A stretch of 61,321 bases of DNA, the filler included, from Chiloscyllium plagiosum (Eukaryota), in the NCBI RefSeq assembly GCF_004010195.1. It is 3 parts of one record of this genome, joined end to end, with 100 filler letters (N's around TTAATTAATTAA, not from the genome) between each part and the next. Parts side by side here need not be neighbours in the genome. Positions count along the whole stretch, not along the records: positions 25,395 to 50,390 come from NC_057715.1; 2 more parts are not named here. One strand, written 5' to 3'. Positions 25,605 through 38,879 of the stretch are shown here, piece by piece; the first letter of the stretch is position 1; every line of letters starts with the position of its first letter. The notes under the pieces are model-generated. The model did not search any database. It was not told the DNA's origin and was given only the letters and a program-made list of their open reading frames with translations. A program made the position numbers and the translations under genes.

Positions 25605-27711
25605 ATGACTGCACAAATGATCCAGCTGAATGAATGTCAACCAACTGAATAATAAAAAACAAAGCTATGCACAAAAATAATTTTATAATGTTATTTGAGT
25701 ACATACACTCATCTAACACACTGGTTGACAGGGCCTCGATCCCACAACCACTCACATCAACCTCCCAATCAAAGGGAGCATTCTGAAGAGACCATTCTCT
25801 CCATGACATCCTGATCCACTTTTCAATACTGTTTTGCGCCATTTGTTTAACCTTAGTGTATCATTCTGATAAAGTCAGTGAACAGAAGGATCCATTATAC
25901 AAAAGTATGATATTTAATGTTTGGTCTTATATATTACTCACACTCAAGAATTTTGAATTTGTACACTTAGACTTAAATATCAGACAAAATTCAGATTAGT
26001 GCTAGGTGGATATGAAATTGTGGCTGCTTAAAAAGTGGTATTATAAATGTTTTTTGGTAACTTCCACACCCTACCCTCTTATTTCACATCTGTCCCTCCC
26101 TTTCCTTTTCCAACTAGCCTGTGCCTGCAGAGAGGGTGGGCACACAGAACCTGTGCTAAGATTCCTGCAGTGACATCCCATACCACACAGTCAACTGGCA
26201 GGACAAATTACTTTTATTTTATTTCCCTTCTTTTACCATTCCTCCTTGCTTTCTGCATAATATGGCTACTGATGGACAGCTAAGTGAATCTGATAATTCT
26301 CCTATTTCATTTAGGACTTGAATATTTTAGTTGTAAGGCATTGGAGTAAGATTTCCGTTCTGCTAATTAAGAAATGGTATTTGCTCTTCCTGTCTCAGGT
26401 CAAATTAATCATCCTGTGGCCAACTCACTTCCTTAACCTCTAGTTAAAACAACTTTAGAAAAGGAAATCTTGGGACCCAACAGATTTGACTGCTTTCCTT
26501 TCAAGCCTGAACTTTGGGTTTAATTCAATCTCAAGTGAGTATGGGTGAGACTCACAACACAAATCAGCAAGAGGCAATATACAATGTGAAACACTACAAA
26601 TCCTACAATAGTTGTGTTTTGAAGTTGAGGTTCAAGCACAGTCTTTGAATTAAGCAGTTGACTAGCGTTTTACTCTGCAACTAACCCATATTAATCTTTA
26701 CTGACAATGATACTGACAAAATAAAAATGTGCTCTTTCCTTTACAACCATCGCCTTCATCTCTACAAACACTGATGCCATCACAAAGTTTAAATACAAAT
26801 GTACTATGTTATTACTGTTTTAATAATTAACTATTTTGTTTGATTACACATATTTGGAATTTGTATAAATGCAAATTTTATTCAGAAAAAAATTTTTTTG
26901 AAACTCAACAGAAACAGGAGACAGAATAAGCCATTCAGCCCGAGCCTGCTCCACAATTCTACATGATGACATTTACCTGCATGTCTCCCCGTATCTCTCA
27001 ATGTCATTGGTATCTAGAAATCTACCTGATATTTGTCATGAACATACTGAATGACTAAGTTTCCAAAGCTCTCCAGGCAGAGAATTCCAAAGGATTTCAC
27101 CATCTGATTGAAGCAATTCCTCTTCATTTCAGTCATAAATGGTTTCTCCATTACTTGGGGAATACTTCCCGATGTGTTACATCAAAATAGGGTAGCACAC
27201 AGGAAATCAAGCCCCACTAGTCCCAGAGCAGTCACAAAGGTAAAGATTTTTATTCAAATACAGAGAAATTCCCCAACTTACCTGTGTGTTCAGACCCAAG
27301 TGAACAGAAAACACAGATCAAATTTCTGGACTTTATAAGAATTACAATTTATTACATACAAATAAATTCCAGCTACAAGTAAACAACTATGAACTCCTGA
27401 CATACAGCACCATGGGTTGAAACTCTAACACCCTTCTACAACACACACGCATAGAGACACAGACAGTCAAAAAAAGCAGTGGTCTTAAGGGTAGAGGGAA
27501 GATCAGCTGGAAAGGCAGGGTTTGTTAGATGATCATCTACTTGCCATGAATTGCTGTTTTTCAGTCTCTCAGCTCAAAGTACATAGACTTCCTTGCAGGA
27601 GGTAGTGAGCAATCAATTCACAAATTATAAAGTCTCTGACTTATTGTTTATAAGTAATAGCTTACAGAAACCGATGGCAGAGGGCTTTCTTTTGTATTTT
27701 CTGCTGCACGA

Positions 27712-28014
27712 GCACAGAAGCATAGAATTCCTACAGTGTGAAAGCAGGCCATTCGGCCCTTCAAGTGCACACTGCCCCTCCAAACAGCATCTCACCCAAA
27801 TGCGCACACATGTATCCTATCCGTTTCCCATGGCCAATCCACCTAACCCACACATCCTTGGACTGTGGGAGTAAACCAGAGCATCTGGAGGAAATCCAAG
27901 GAGACATGGGTGGAATGTGCAAACTCCACTAAGACAGTCGCCCAAGGCCAGAATCAAACCCAGGTCCCTGGAGCTGTGAGGCAACAGTGCTAACCACTGA
28001 GCCACCGTGCCACC
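27712..28014 (-). mobile_element. HE1-type SINE, diverged
   Basis: Same tRNA-like head and central domain as the other copies, in reverse orientation. Confidence 0.88.
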
Positions 28015-28483
28015 ACAGTGAGACACACTGCCTCCCCTTCCAGAAGTCCAAAGGCTTCTCTGGCAGTGTCATTTACACACATGCTGTACATGTCTGCTGA
28101 CAAAATCTCACTTTGTACACACCCCTGGTGCAAGTCCATGTGCAATCAGATTTCTCCACCGAATGAATAAAGCAGCAGTATAAACACCATTTACAATGAA
28201 TTTTGGCAACTTACTTTAAAAATGTGCCGCAATCCTTTCCACAATCCTTGGCTTTTAAAACAGCTTGTTTTCTATTTCAGTCCATAATCAGAAATACAGA
28301 AAATTTTAAAAACAAAATTCCTTTATACCTGGTTCTAATCCTTGCCTTGGTGGAGAAAAAATATTTCTGCATCCACTCTGTTGAATCTTTTAAGAATTTC
28401 GTAAATGTAAGGACATTACTTCTCATTCCTTGATACTCTGCAGAACATAGACAGTGTCCTCAATCTCTCTTCATAGGACAGTC

Positions 28484-29872
28484 AGAGTCATACAGCATGA
28501 AAACAGGTCCATCAGCCCAACCTGTCCATGCTGATTAGGTTTCCAACTGAATGAATCCCATTTGCCTGCATTTGGCCCAAATCTCTCTAAACCTTTCCAA
28601 TCCATATACCTGACCAAATATTGTAATTGTATCTGCCTCTACCACTTTCTTTGACAGCTCGTTCCATATCTACACCAGCTTTGTGTGAAAACGTTGCCCC
28701 TCAGATCCCTTTTTAAATCTTTCCCCTCTCACCTTAAAACTACGCCCTCTAGTTTTGGACACCCCCCTACCCTGGGAAAAAGAGCTAGGTTATTCACCTT
28801 ATTCATACCGTTCATGATTTTATAAACCTCTAGAAAGTCAGCCCTCAGTCTCCTGTGCTTCAAGGAAGAAAATGCCAGCCCATCCAATCATTCCTTATAA
28901 CTCAAACTCTCTAGTCTCAGTAACATTCTCGGAAATCTTTTTTGCACCCTTTCCAGTTTAGTAATATCCTTCCTATTGAAAGGCAAGCTGAATTGTACAC
29001 AGTGCTCCAAATGTGGCCTTACCAATGACTTGTACAGAGGTAATATGACATCCCAACTCCTATACTCAGTGCTCTGACCATTGAAGGCAAGTATGCCGAA
29101 TGCCTTCCTCACTACCCTGTCTACCTGTGATGCCACTTTCAAGGAACTACAACCCTAGGTCTCTTCGTTCAACAACACTCCGCCAAGATTTGACCATTAA
29201 CTGTGCAAGTCCTGCCCTGGTTTGTCTTAGCAAAATCCAGCACCTTGCATTTATCGGAATTAAACTCCATCTGCCATTTCTCAGCCTTTGACCCAACTGA
29301 TCAAGATCTCAATGTACTCGCAGAAAACCTTCTTCACTCTCCACTATACCACCAATTTTGGTATCATCCGCAACTTACTAACCATGTTTCCTATATTTTG
29401 ACTTGAATCATTCATATAAATGCAAGCAATAATGGGATCTAACCAATCCTTCTGGCACATTGCTGGTCACAAGCCTCCAATCTGAACAACAATCTTCTAC
29501 CACCACTCTCTGTCTCCTATCGTTAAGCCAATCTTATGTCCAAATGAGTTAGCTTTCCCTCTCCCTGAATCCCATGTAATCCAACATTAGCCAGTCTACC
29601 ATGTGGAACCTTGTCATAGGCCTTGCTAAAGTTCATGCAGACAATGTCTATCATTCTGCCCTCATCAATCTTCTTGGTCAGCTCTTTAAAAAATTCAAAT
29701 TTGTGACACACCATTTCCCATGCACAAACTCATGATGATTATCTATAATCAGTACTTGCCTTTCTAAATGCATGTGGATCCTGTCTCTCAAAATTTCCTC
29801 CAAACACTTACCCACCACTTATGTTAGGTTCAACAGTCTGTAGTTCCCTTGCTTTTCCTTGCAGCTTTTCTT
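28484..29872 (-). mobile_element. CR1/HER1 LINE 3' portion; resumes at 34288-34430 beyond the L1
   Basis: ORFs 28888..29142 (LYKSLVRPHLEHCVQF), 29523..29714 (NFSKAYDKVPH) and 34185..34427 (EDWRLANTVPLLKK). Confidence 0.9.
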
Positions 29873-30199
29873 CTTTTTATAAATATTTTTATTAAAATAT
29901 TTTTCAAATCTTTTACAAAACAACAATATATATTAAAAAAAAACAAAATACAAAAAGATAGAGGTAATACAACAACGTCATATCACAATACTATTAATAA
30001 TAAACGACCTAATATTCTATCAGAACAAAATGTATTGACTTAACTTAAACTAAACTACAATCAAATTAAATAAAAATTAAATTAAGCTGAATTCAAATTA
30101 GCTTAAATTAAATTATATCACATTACTTTATTCTGTTTCACTCACCACATCTCCATTAAAACTCCCACCCCTGGGAGCACCATTCATTGTGCGTGTAAT

Positions 30200-32671
30200 T
30201 TCTTTTCCCCAGCTTCCCCTTCAATCACCAGCCTGCGCCACCCAATAAGACTTGGGGGTTTTTCCAAAATCCAATTCATTAAATGTTCTTCCTCGCACAG
30301 ACTGTTCCCCCAGAGAAGGCAAATTTGACAACCCCAGAAGAAGAAATATCGGGTCCAGTTTGATATTAATTCCCAGAATTTCCTTCAGCTCCCTTACTGT
30401 GGCACTCCAGTATCTCTGGATCTTGCAACATGACCAAAAGCAGTGTGTAAGAGTGCCTATTCTAATTTTACATTTGGGACACCTTGGAGATGCTCCTCTC
30501 TTGAACTTAGCTAGCCTCTCTGGCACCATATGACCCCTGTGTACAATCTTCAATTGCATGGCCTGTGCTTCGTTCCATATTGAAATTTTCTTTACATTTT
30601 CCCATGTACCTTCCCACATTTCCAATGAAATATCCTCTCCTGGTTCCCAATTCTAAGTCCTACAGAGTCTCTCCACATCTCCGAAGGCATGTCTTTTATG
30701 TAAATGATACAGAGTACTAACTGTACTCTGTATCAGAGCGCCCGTGCACCAGAGCACTCTTTTCTCCATATCTGACATGTAAGGCGGAGCCAGGAGCATG
30801 GTCCTCCTCTGTATACAATCCCTTATCTGAAAATACCGGAAAAGGTCCCTAATAGACAATCCAGATTTCTGACTAAGTTGGTTAAATGATATCAGTACCA
30901 CCAGCCATTCTATCCAGTGAAAAATCTTTTCCGTGTCTAGGAAGACCACCAAACCAGAGATCAATCTTTGCTGGCATACCTGCACTATGTTCAACCCCCT
31001 CTTGATATTGTTGGAGGAACTACGGCCCTTGATAAAACCAGTCTGATCTTCTTTTATAACACAGGGCAATACCTTTTCCAACCTCAGGGCCAGCACCTTT
31101 GACAGAATTTTAAAGTGTACATTCAACAACAAAATTGATCTGTATGAAGCAATTCTTCAAGGTCTTTCTCCTTCTTTAAAATGAGGGAGATATTAGCCTC
31201 GCTAAGAGAGGGTGGAAGGCAATCCTGTGTATATGGATAGCTATACATCCCCAAAAGTGGCTCCGCCAACACATTTATGAATCCCTTATAAAACTCACTA
31301 GGGAATCCATCTAGTCCTGGTGCTTTGCCACCCTGAAGATGCTTTATTGCTTCCTGCACCTCTTGTATTGTCATGGCGCATTTAACAGGGAGACATATTC
31401 AGTGATTATACTGGGGAGGTCCAGGTTCTCACTGCACCGTCTTCACTGCCTTCCAACTGGTATAATTCTGTAAAGTATTTCCGAAATCTAACATTGATCT
31501 TCGTCAACTCATGGGTAAATGTGCCAGCCCTCTCTCTAACAGACATAATGGATTGGGAAACATTTTTCTTGCTAGCCAGACATCTACCTGGCTTATCTCC
31601 AAATTCAAACAATCTTTGGTTAGCAAAGGAGACCTCTTTTTTTTGCCACCTGTATATGCAATGAGTCAAGAGCAGCCGGAGAGCCATGATCCACTGTAGC
31701 TTGACCACTGAAGGCTTCACAATATGCTTCTTCAGCTACCTTCAGCCGGGCCTCCAGCATCCATTGCAGCTCCTCCCTCTGCCTCCTTCTCGTCGTTGAA
31801 TACGAAATGATCAGGCCACATAAACATGCCTTTGTGGCTGAACTGGCTGTACCTGAGTTGATATCCCAGAAGGCCGTGAACTCTCTTGTAATGTACTCAA
31901 CAAATTGCTATCCCTTAACAGGAATGAGTCCATGTGCCAGTGCCTTGCATCTATTCTGCCACCCTTAATTTTAACATCTAAATACATTGGCGCATGGTCT
32001 GAGATAGTTATATTCCAAATTTTGCAAGCCAACCTTCTGTCCAAGCAAAGTGATGGCATAAGGAACATGTCAATTTGTATGTGGCACTTGTGTGGGTTGA
32101 ATTAAAAAGTCTCTTCCGTTAGGGGGAGATCCATCCATTAATCCCAACTCCTCACAGAAGTCCACCAACTGTCTAGATTGCATGGGCGTACCTGCCGGAC
32201 CCCTTGGCATCCTGTCCAACCCAGGACTCATTAGGCAATTAAACTCCCCTCCTGTGATAGTGTGGCACACCCCAAGATGCATTAATTTAGCAACTGCATC
32301 AATTAGAAATTTAAGAGGGTGCGCCAGGGGATAATAAACATTCAAGGCGCCATACTTTTCTCCTGTATTAGAGCTTTAAGAATGATGAACTGTCCATGGT
32401 GGTCCTTAATTTGTTCAGTTATCTGAAATGGGAGGTTATTTCTTACCAGTATAGCCACTCCTCTACTTTTAGAGCTAAAGAAGGAGAAGAATACCCAATC
32501 ATAAACCCCCTGCTGCAGCTTCAGATGTTCCTTATCAGTTAAATGTGTCTCCTGTAGCAGGGCGATGTCAACCTTTCCTTCCTAAGGCTTGACAGCACCT
32601 TCTTACTTTTAAAGGGGGAGTGGTTCCCTTTTACATTCCAGGTGCAGCCACCTGAACAAATCATTAGCCAT
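30200..32671 (-). pseudogene. L1 ORF2p remnant: APE endonuclease, partial RT, CCHC knuckle
   Basis: WNVKG, DIALLQETHL, NVYYP, GGEFN and ISDHAP endonuclease motifs; KAPGLDGFPSEFY; KILSKVLALRL...DQTGFIKGR; LDTEKIF; CPKC...THCFWSC. Split over several frames, with the RT core missing. Confidence 0.9.
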
Positions 32672-33276
32672 GGTCGTCCAGGGCAGCCCGTGTTTTCCCA
32701 AGAGGAGGAAGCTTATCTGAGGTGCAGCAAGCGAAAAATACATGAACTCTATAAAGTCTACAAACTAATCCTATAAAAACTACTACAACTGAAAAACTAA
32801 CCACCACATTTAATTTAAACAAACACCCAAATAAACCCCAATTCACTAGAGATTTCCTCCCATGCCCATAGGGGGCAATCCTCCCAATCCTTGCTACCAT
32901 CATGGCTCCTTCCAGCTGAGGGCATGCCCTAGTCCCAGGCAATGCACAGATAAAGAAAACATGTCATTTTACATTCTGAGAGTTAACAATGGACGCCCAC
33001 CTTCCCCCCTCCACATCTATTCTCCATACATCTTAACCACAGGTATAGGCACCCCCGATCCAAAAAAAAGGACAGCAGCAAAAAAAAATACCATAAACAA
33101 TAACCAAACGACCAAAATGATAAATAAATCAGGTTTTATACCAAGGCAGTACAAAAGTTATAAAACCGATAAACACAAAAAGGGGAGAGAGGAGAAAAAG
33201 AGGGGACACAAAATAAAGAAAAACTGAACCATTGTCTGTAACAGTGCCCCATCCCCCCACTCCCAACCCGAGCCCT

Positions 33277-34108
33277 TTAATTCAATGAGTTCACAGAGTC
33301 CTTTGCCTTTTCTGCTGAATCAAAATTATATACCACCTCTCCATGAGCGAAACGCAACACTGCTGGGTACCTCAAGGAATACTGAATGTTCAGATTCCTT
33401 AATTTTCTCTTCATCAAATGCCTTTCTCTTCATGATTATGACTCCTGAGATGTCCTGAAAAAACATTATTCTGGAGCCTTTGTATGTTAAAGCCTGTGGA
33501 TCTCTTCCCAGTCTTCTTACTGCTTTTGTTTATAGCGCTGGAGTCGCACTAGGACCAGGCAGGGGCACGGATCTGGCCTAGACCGGCGCACTGTGATCCA
33601 CCAGGCCCAACTCCAACTCACCAGGACATCCACCAGGCCCAACTCCAACTCCAGCCCCAGGAATTTCGGGAGCCATTTCTCCAGGGATCCAACGAAGTCC
33701 AATCCTCGGACTCCAGGAGACCCACGAGCCGTAAGTTTTTTCTTCAGCTTTCCAGATCGTCTACCTATTCCTGAAGGACCCGAACCTGGTCTTCCAGTGT
33801 TCGGATCCTTCCTCCTGAGACCTCCACCACAGTCTCCGATGCTGCAGTCCTCTGCTCCACTGCTTCTACTCTTCGAGTCCAGTGTTTTAATCTCCTGCTC
33901 ATGCTTTTTCAGCATGGTAGATATTGGCTCCATTGCTGTTTCAATCTTTTCTTGGAGTTTGGCAAACTCAGAGTAAATGTTACTGCCCCATTAAATCCAA
34001 AGTGGCTGCCCCGGGAGTTTGAGCAATGGCTACGGGCATCCCTGACACAGTAGGGGAGTGCCCTCCTTGCTGTACTCCGTTCACCCCATTTCTTTTATTC
34101 GCTTTCAT
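33277..34108 (-). pseudogene. L1 ORF1p remnant (stops and frameshifts)
   Basis: ATG at 34108; coiled-coil-like MEPISTMLKKHEQEIK; LEKWLPKFLGL; VLVRLQRY; C-terminal YSLRYPAVLRF...YNFDSAEKAK ending TAA at 33277. Confidence 0.8.
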
Positions 34109-34431
34109 CCTGATCTTAGAGCTGTCAAACCACAATTTTAGCAGGTCCAGATGTTCAGTAACTTTATATTACTGTTTTTTTCTCCTAGGAGTGGTTAACG
34201 AGAAGGGTAAAGGTCCATCTTGCCAGGGGGTATGGCACAGAGCCCAGCACAGCAGACCACTCAGACCACCGCCATCTTGGATCTCCCCAGCCTTTCTTAA
34301 GTAATGGCACAGTGTTAGCCAGCCTCCAGTCTTCTTGCGCCTCACCCATGGCTGGAAGCGATACAAATATATCTGCTAGGGGGCCCATAATTTCTTTCCT
34401 AGCTTCCCACAATGCTCTGGGAAACACCTAA

Positions 34432-36420
34432 GCAAATAAAAAATAGGTGCGGGTGTAGACCATTCAGGCCTTGGAACCTGAACCACAATTCAATATGATC
34501 TTGGCTGATCATGCACACTTAGTATCCCATTCCTGTTCTCTCCCATACCCCATACCACAAAGGTCACGTCCAGCACTCTCTTGAATATCTAATGTACTGA
34601 TCCCAACAGCTTCCTGAGGGAGAGAATTCCATAGGTTCACAATTCTGAGGGAAGAAATTCTTCCTCATCTCAGTCCTGCATGGTTTACCACTTATCCATG
34701 GACTGTGATCCCTTGTTCTGGACTTCCCCAACATTGGGAACATTCTTCCCACATCTAGCCTGTCCAGTCCCATTAGGATTTTGTATGTTTCTATGAGATG
34801 CTCCCTCAATCTTCTAAATTCCAGTGAATACTCACCCAGTTGGTCCGGTCTTTCCTTATATGTTAGTCCTGCCACTTCAGGAATCAATCTGGTGAACCTT
34901 CATTGGACTCCCACAATAATAAGAAGAGACTAGTAGACCAAAATTGCACATAATACTCAAGATGTGGCCTCACCAATGTCCTGAACACATTTAAATTCCT
35001 CTTCATCCAAGCTTTTAACTCAATTGCAGTCCCAGTCTGTGTTTGGAAACTTAAAATCCCCTACCATTACAATCTTATTATTCTTACAGCTATCTGCAAA
35101 CTCCCGACATATTTGCTCCCCGCAGCGGGGAATGAGGAAGGACTAATGAAATAAATTAATTATCTGAATTCCAGAGGCCTGATAGGCGAGGCAGATGAAC
35201 TCAGAGTATGGATGGGAACATGGCACTGGGATATCATAGCTATTATAGAAACATGGCTGAGGGAGGGACAGGATTGGCAGCTCAGTGTTAGAGCATGGAT
35301 ACTTTCGGAAGGATAGAAGGGGTAGCACAAGAGGAGGTGGAGTGGGGCTTTTGATTAGGGCAAACATCACAGCAATACTTGTAGAGAATATATGGATAGA
35401 ATTGAGAAATAGTAAGTGGGTGGCATTTGATGGGATTGTACTATTACCACCAGTGGTCTGTGTAAAGTTGAGGAGCAAATATGTCTGGAGTTTGCAGTTA
35501 GCCCCCATCATAATTGCTTGGACTTTGTCATACCCTGTTTTACAGCAGAATTAGTTGCGATGCCAAAGACCTGGCTGCTGCTGCTATCTGCCCCTAAAAG
35601 GCTAGCCCCCCCAACTGTATCGAAAAAGGTATATTTGCTTGCGGGAGAGACAGTCACTCTAGACTCCTGCACTACCTGCCTACCTCTTCTTGTAGTCAGC
35701 CATATACCTGACTGAATCTGTGGTGTGATTACCTCCCTGCAGCTACTATCTATCACAGTTTCTGCCTCCTGTATGCTCCTGAGTGTGTCCACCACTACTC
35801 CTACTGTCCATGTTTCTGAGAGGACCTGCAGCTGGACACAATTCCTGTAGATATAGTCACCAGAGACACTCAACTGCTCGCTTATGTCCCACATCTGGCA
35901 AGAGGAGCATACTACTACACTGACTGGCATCTCTACCCTTTTAGCAACTAGTGGACTTCGAAAGAGAAGAGCTTACCTTGCCGCTGCTTGCCCTTAACAA
36001 AACTCAATATTCATCTAAGCCTCCGATTGGACCTACCAGTAGCACTTTGACCACAAAGCAGCCCCTCTGAAATATGGCCAGAAGATGACACAGCAATGTT
36101 TCCCTATCCCACTCACCTAATCCCGCACACTTAGCTCAACTCCCAGTGTTTTCACTCTCTGTAGCTCGCCCACCATGCTGGAGCATTTTAGATCTTGCTT
36201 TTATACTTTAGGCCTGCCCTAAAGAACCAGACTAAACCAATATACTTAACCAGCTGCCCTTTATGTGCTACAGCAGTAGGAGAGCTTGTTTAAATTTTTC
36301 TTAGGCCTGAAAGAAAAGAAAAACAATCTTAAATGACCACCCTTCACTTATCCACAATTTGCTAGATTTTAAGAAGGCAAAAGGTTAAGATTTATACCCT
36401 AAAACTCCAAGGTTTCGCTC
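34432..36420 (-). mobile_element. Rearranged CR1: 3' end, endonuclease piece, inverted segment, ORF1 and putative 5' UTR
   Basis: ORF 34564..34887 (CR1 C-terminus); ORF 35508..35930 with VVCSSCQMW..RNCVQL zinc-finger-like CR1 ORF1; plus-strand RKDR...GGGVGLLIR endonuclease piece at 35122-35497. Confidence 0.8.
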
Positions 36421-36439
36421 AACTCTCAGCGTTTTCACT

Positions 36440-37590
36440 ATCCTGCCAACCACAGGATTTAGTCTCGTGAAATTTCACTGCTCTCCATCTTTGGAAAATA
36501 TATACTTAGGAGATCAAAACTGCACAAAAAAATCCAGGTGTAATCTCACCAACAATTCAATAGAACTGAAGCAAGACATCTTTACTCCTGCATTTCTTCT
36601 GATAAAAGCCAACGTATCAGTTCCCGTCCTAATTGCAAACTGCCCTTGTATGTTGGCTTGCAATTACTCAAACAAGGAATCCATGTTCCTTTAGAATCAA
36701 ATTTGCCAATCTCTCACCATTCTAGAAATACTCTACACTTCTGATTCTCTTGCCAAAGTTGCTAACCTCACATCTATCTACATTATATGTCATCTGCCAA
36801 GTTCTTGCCCACTTACTCTAAGACACCTTTTAGGTGCTATTCTACCTCCTCAAGACCCACAATACCTAGTTTTGTGTACTCCTCAGAATTGGAAATATTA
36901 TATTTGGTTCCAATATCCAAATGACTGATCAATACTGTAAACAGCTGTCATTCAAGCACTGATTTATTAGTCACAGCTGCCACCTGTCCTCTGTTTACTT
37001 TAACCAATCCTCAACTCATGCAAGTTTGTCTAACAAGATTTCTCTTTCTTAAATGCAATCAGTATTATTTTTTCAATGCCTAGTTTCATATCCTTCATAA
37101 TCAATTCCACTATTTTCTCTACTAACAGATTTGCAGTTCTCTGTTTTCTCTCTCTCCTTTCTTAAATATTATGGTTACATTTCTGCCTTTTATATTGCAA
37201 GCACAACTTCAGAATCAATAGAAATTTGAAAGATTATCAATTGTACATCCATTATCACTATGACCACCTCTTTTAACACTCTAAGATGTAGATAATCAGC
37301 ACCTTGCATCTCATTCATTTTCCTAGTGCTGCTTTTTGCTGTTGGTAATTTATTTCAGTTCCTCATTCTCAGTAGTCCCTTGGTTGTCTATTATTTCTGG
37401 AAAATTTTGTGTATCTTCCTCCACAGAGATAGATACTCTATTTCTCATTATATATTCTCCTGTCTTTGTTTGTGATAAGCTCATATTTTATTTTTCTCAC
37501 ATTTTCCTTTTTACATAACTACAACAGCTTTGCCAATCAATTTTTACGTTCCCTGCTAGTTTATACTTCGGTTCTATTCTCCCTTTCTTT
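36440..37590 (-). mobile_element. Highly decayed CR1 ORF2 remnant
   Basis: Similar to the minus-strand CR1 copies at 46963-47900 and 57770-60480. Confidence 0.6.
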
Positions 37591-38879
37591 TATTAAATCC
37601 TGATAAACCAAAAGACACAAGATGATAACAAGAATAAATTGATCAGAAATTAGAGTGGCTTACTACTTCAAGTTTATTTAACATAATGGAATATGGTGAA
37701 ATGACAACAGACCTTAAGTAATTAATGAAGCTGCAAGTCAATTCTAGGAACAGTACTTTATCATTTCATAAAAGCAATTCAAAGCTCTTTGGATTCAACA
37801 TTCTATTTGAGAATTTCAAATTGTAATCTCTGTCCTCATTTTATTTTTTCTCTCTTTGCGGATTTGAATTTTACTTTCATTCTATAGAAGCACAGAAGAT
37901 GACCTTTGGCCCATCATATTTATATCACAGCTGGAGCCAGACAGCTCATACTATCCCCCATATATTCCTTGAAGTCCAACAAGTTTTTGTTTCACTTCAG
38001 ATATTATCCAATGCCCCTCTGAAAGGTATGATTGAATCTGCCTTCCCCACACACACATGCAATTTATTTCAGTTTAACCTTTTGCTAAATTAGAAAGCAT
38101 TCCTTCACACCACCGTTGGCTCTTTTACTGTTGGACTTAAACTAGCGTCCTCTGTCCTTTATTCTTCTGCCAATGGGAAGAATTTTGCAATATTTACTCT
38201 GTCATTACTCCTTCGGATTTTGAACACTGTCAAATGTCCTCTTAGCAGTCCTAGCTTCTCCAATCTATACTGTAACTGAAGTCCCCCATTCCTGGAGGTG
38301 GTTTTGGAAATAGTTTCTGAAACCTCTCTAATGCCATTGTAACCTCCAATGGAGCCATATCATTATTTTGTAAAGGATCACCATAACTTCTTTGTTTTTG
38401 TACTGCATGGCAGTACTGAAAAGGGTGCAGAATCAGGCAACTATGCCTGAGCGAGAGATACAAGTCAGAATCAATCTACTTTCACATGGGGACTTAGCCA
38501 ATGGCAGAAAAGTGTGCTTAAACAAAAGCAATTGCAACTTGTGAAGTGTGTTAAATATTGTCAGAATTAACAGTACTAGTAAAGTTTATCTGTAGTTTTA
38601 TAGTTTTAAGTTTTATTCCACAAAGTAAAACAGAGTTAACCCAGACTTAGATGTTTACAGCACAATAATTTGACTTCTTGTATCAGCACCAGTCTACAAG
38701 GGTCTGACAATACTAATCAGTTTCCAGCTCTTCGCTCATCGGTTTGGAGGCTAAAGCAATGCAAATGAATATCTAAACAGTGCTCAAATGTCACAAGAGT
38801 TTCTGACTCAACCACTCCTTCAGACAGTCTGCACCAAATTGCCAACATTCACAGCGTGAAAAGATCTCTGAGTAACTTA

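Larger units (their letters stand above)
29873..34287 (-). mobile_element. L1-clade LINE, both ends present, internally deleted and disabled
   Basis: 5' end GGGAGATCCAAGATGGCGG; ORF1 and ORF2 remnants; AT-rich 3' UTR with AATAAA (plus-strand tttatt 29888-29893) and short A tail; TSD cagcttttctt 29862-29872 / cagcctttctt 34288-34298; interrupts a CR1 whose sequence resumes on the other side. Confidence 0.93.

Noticed and set aside
25339..25842. 167-aa minus-strand ORF
   Set aside because: Runs through N bases and is built from antisense PLE fragments.
28210..28270. Minus-strand exon-like stretch ending in a strong gtaagt donor
   Set aside because: No similarity to TMEM135, no clear acceptor, and it lies within probable repeat sequence.
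27170..28325. Possible reverse-orientation LTR; similar vague candidates at about 8530-9205 and 55600-56290
   Set aside because: No convincing paired TG..CA termini with a TSD could be read.
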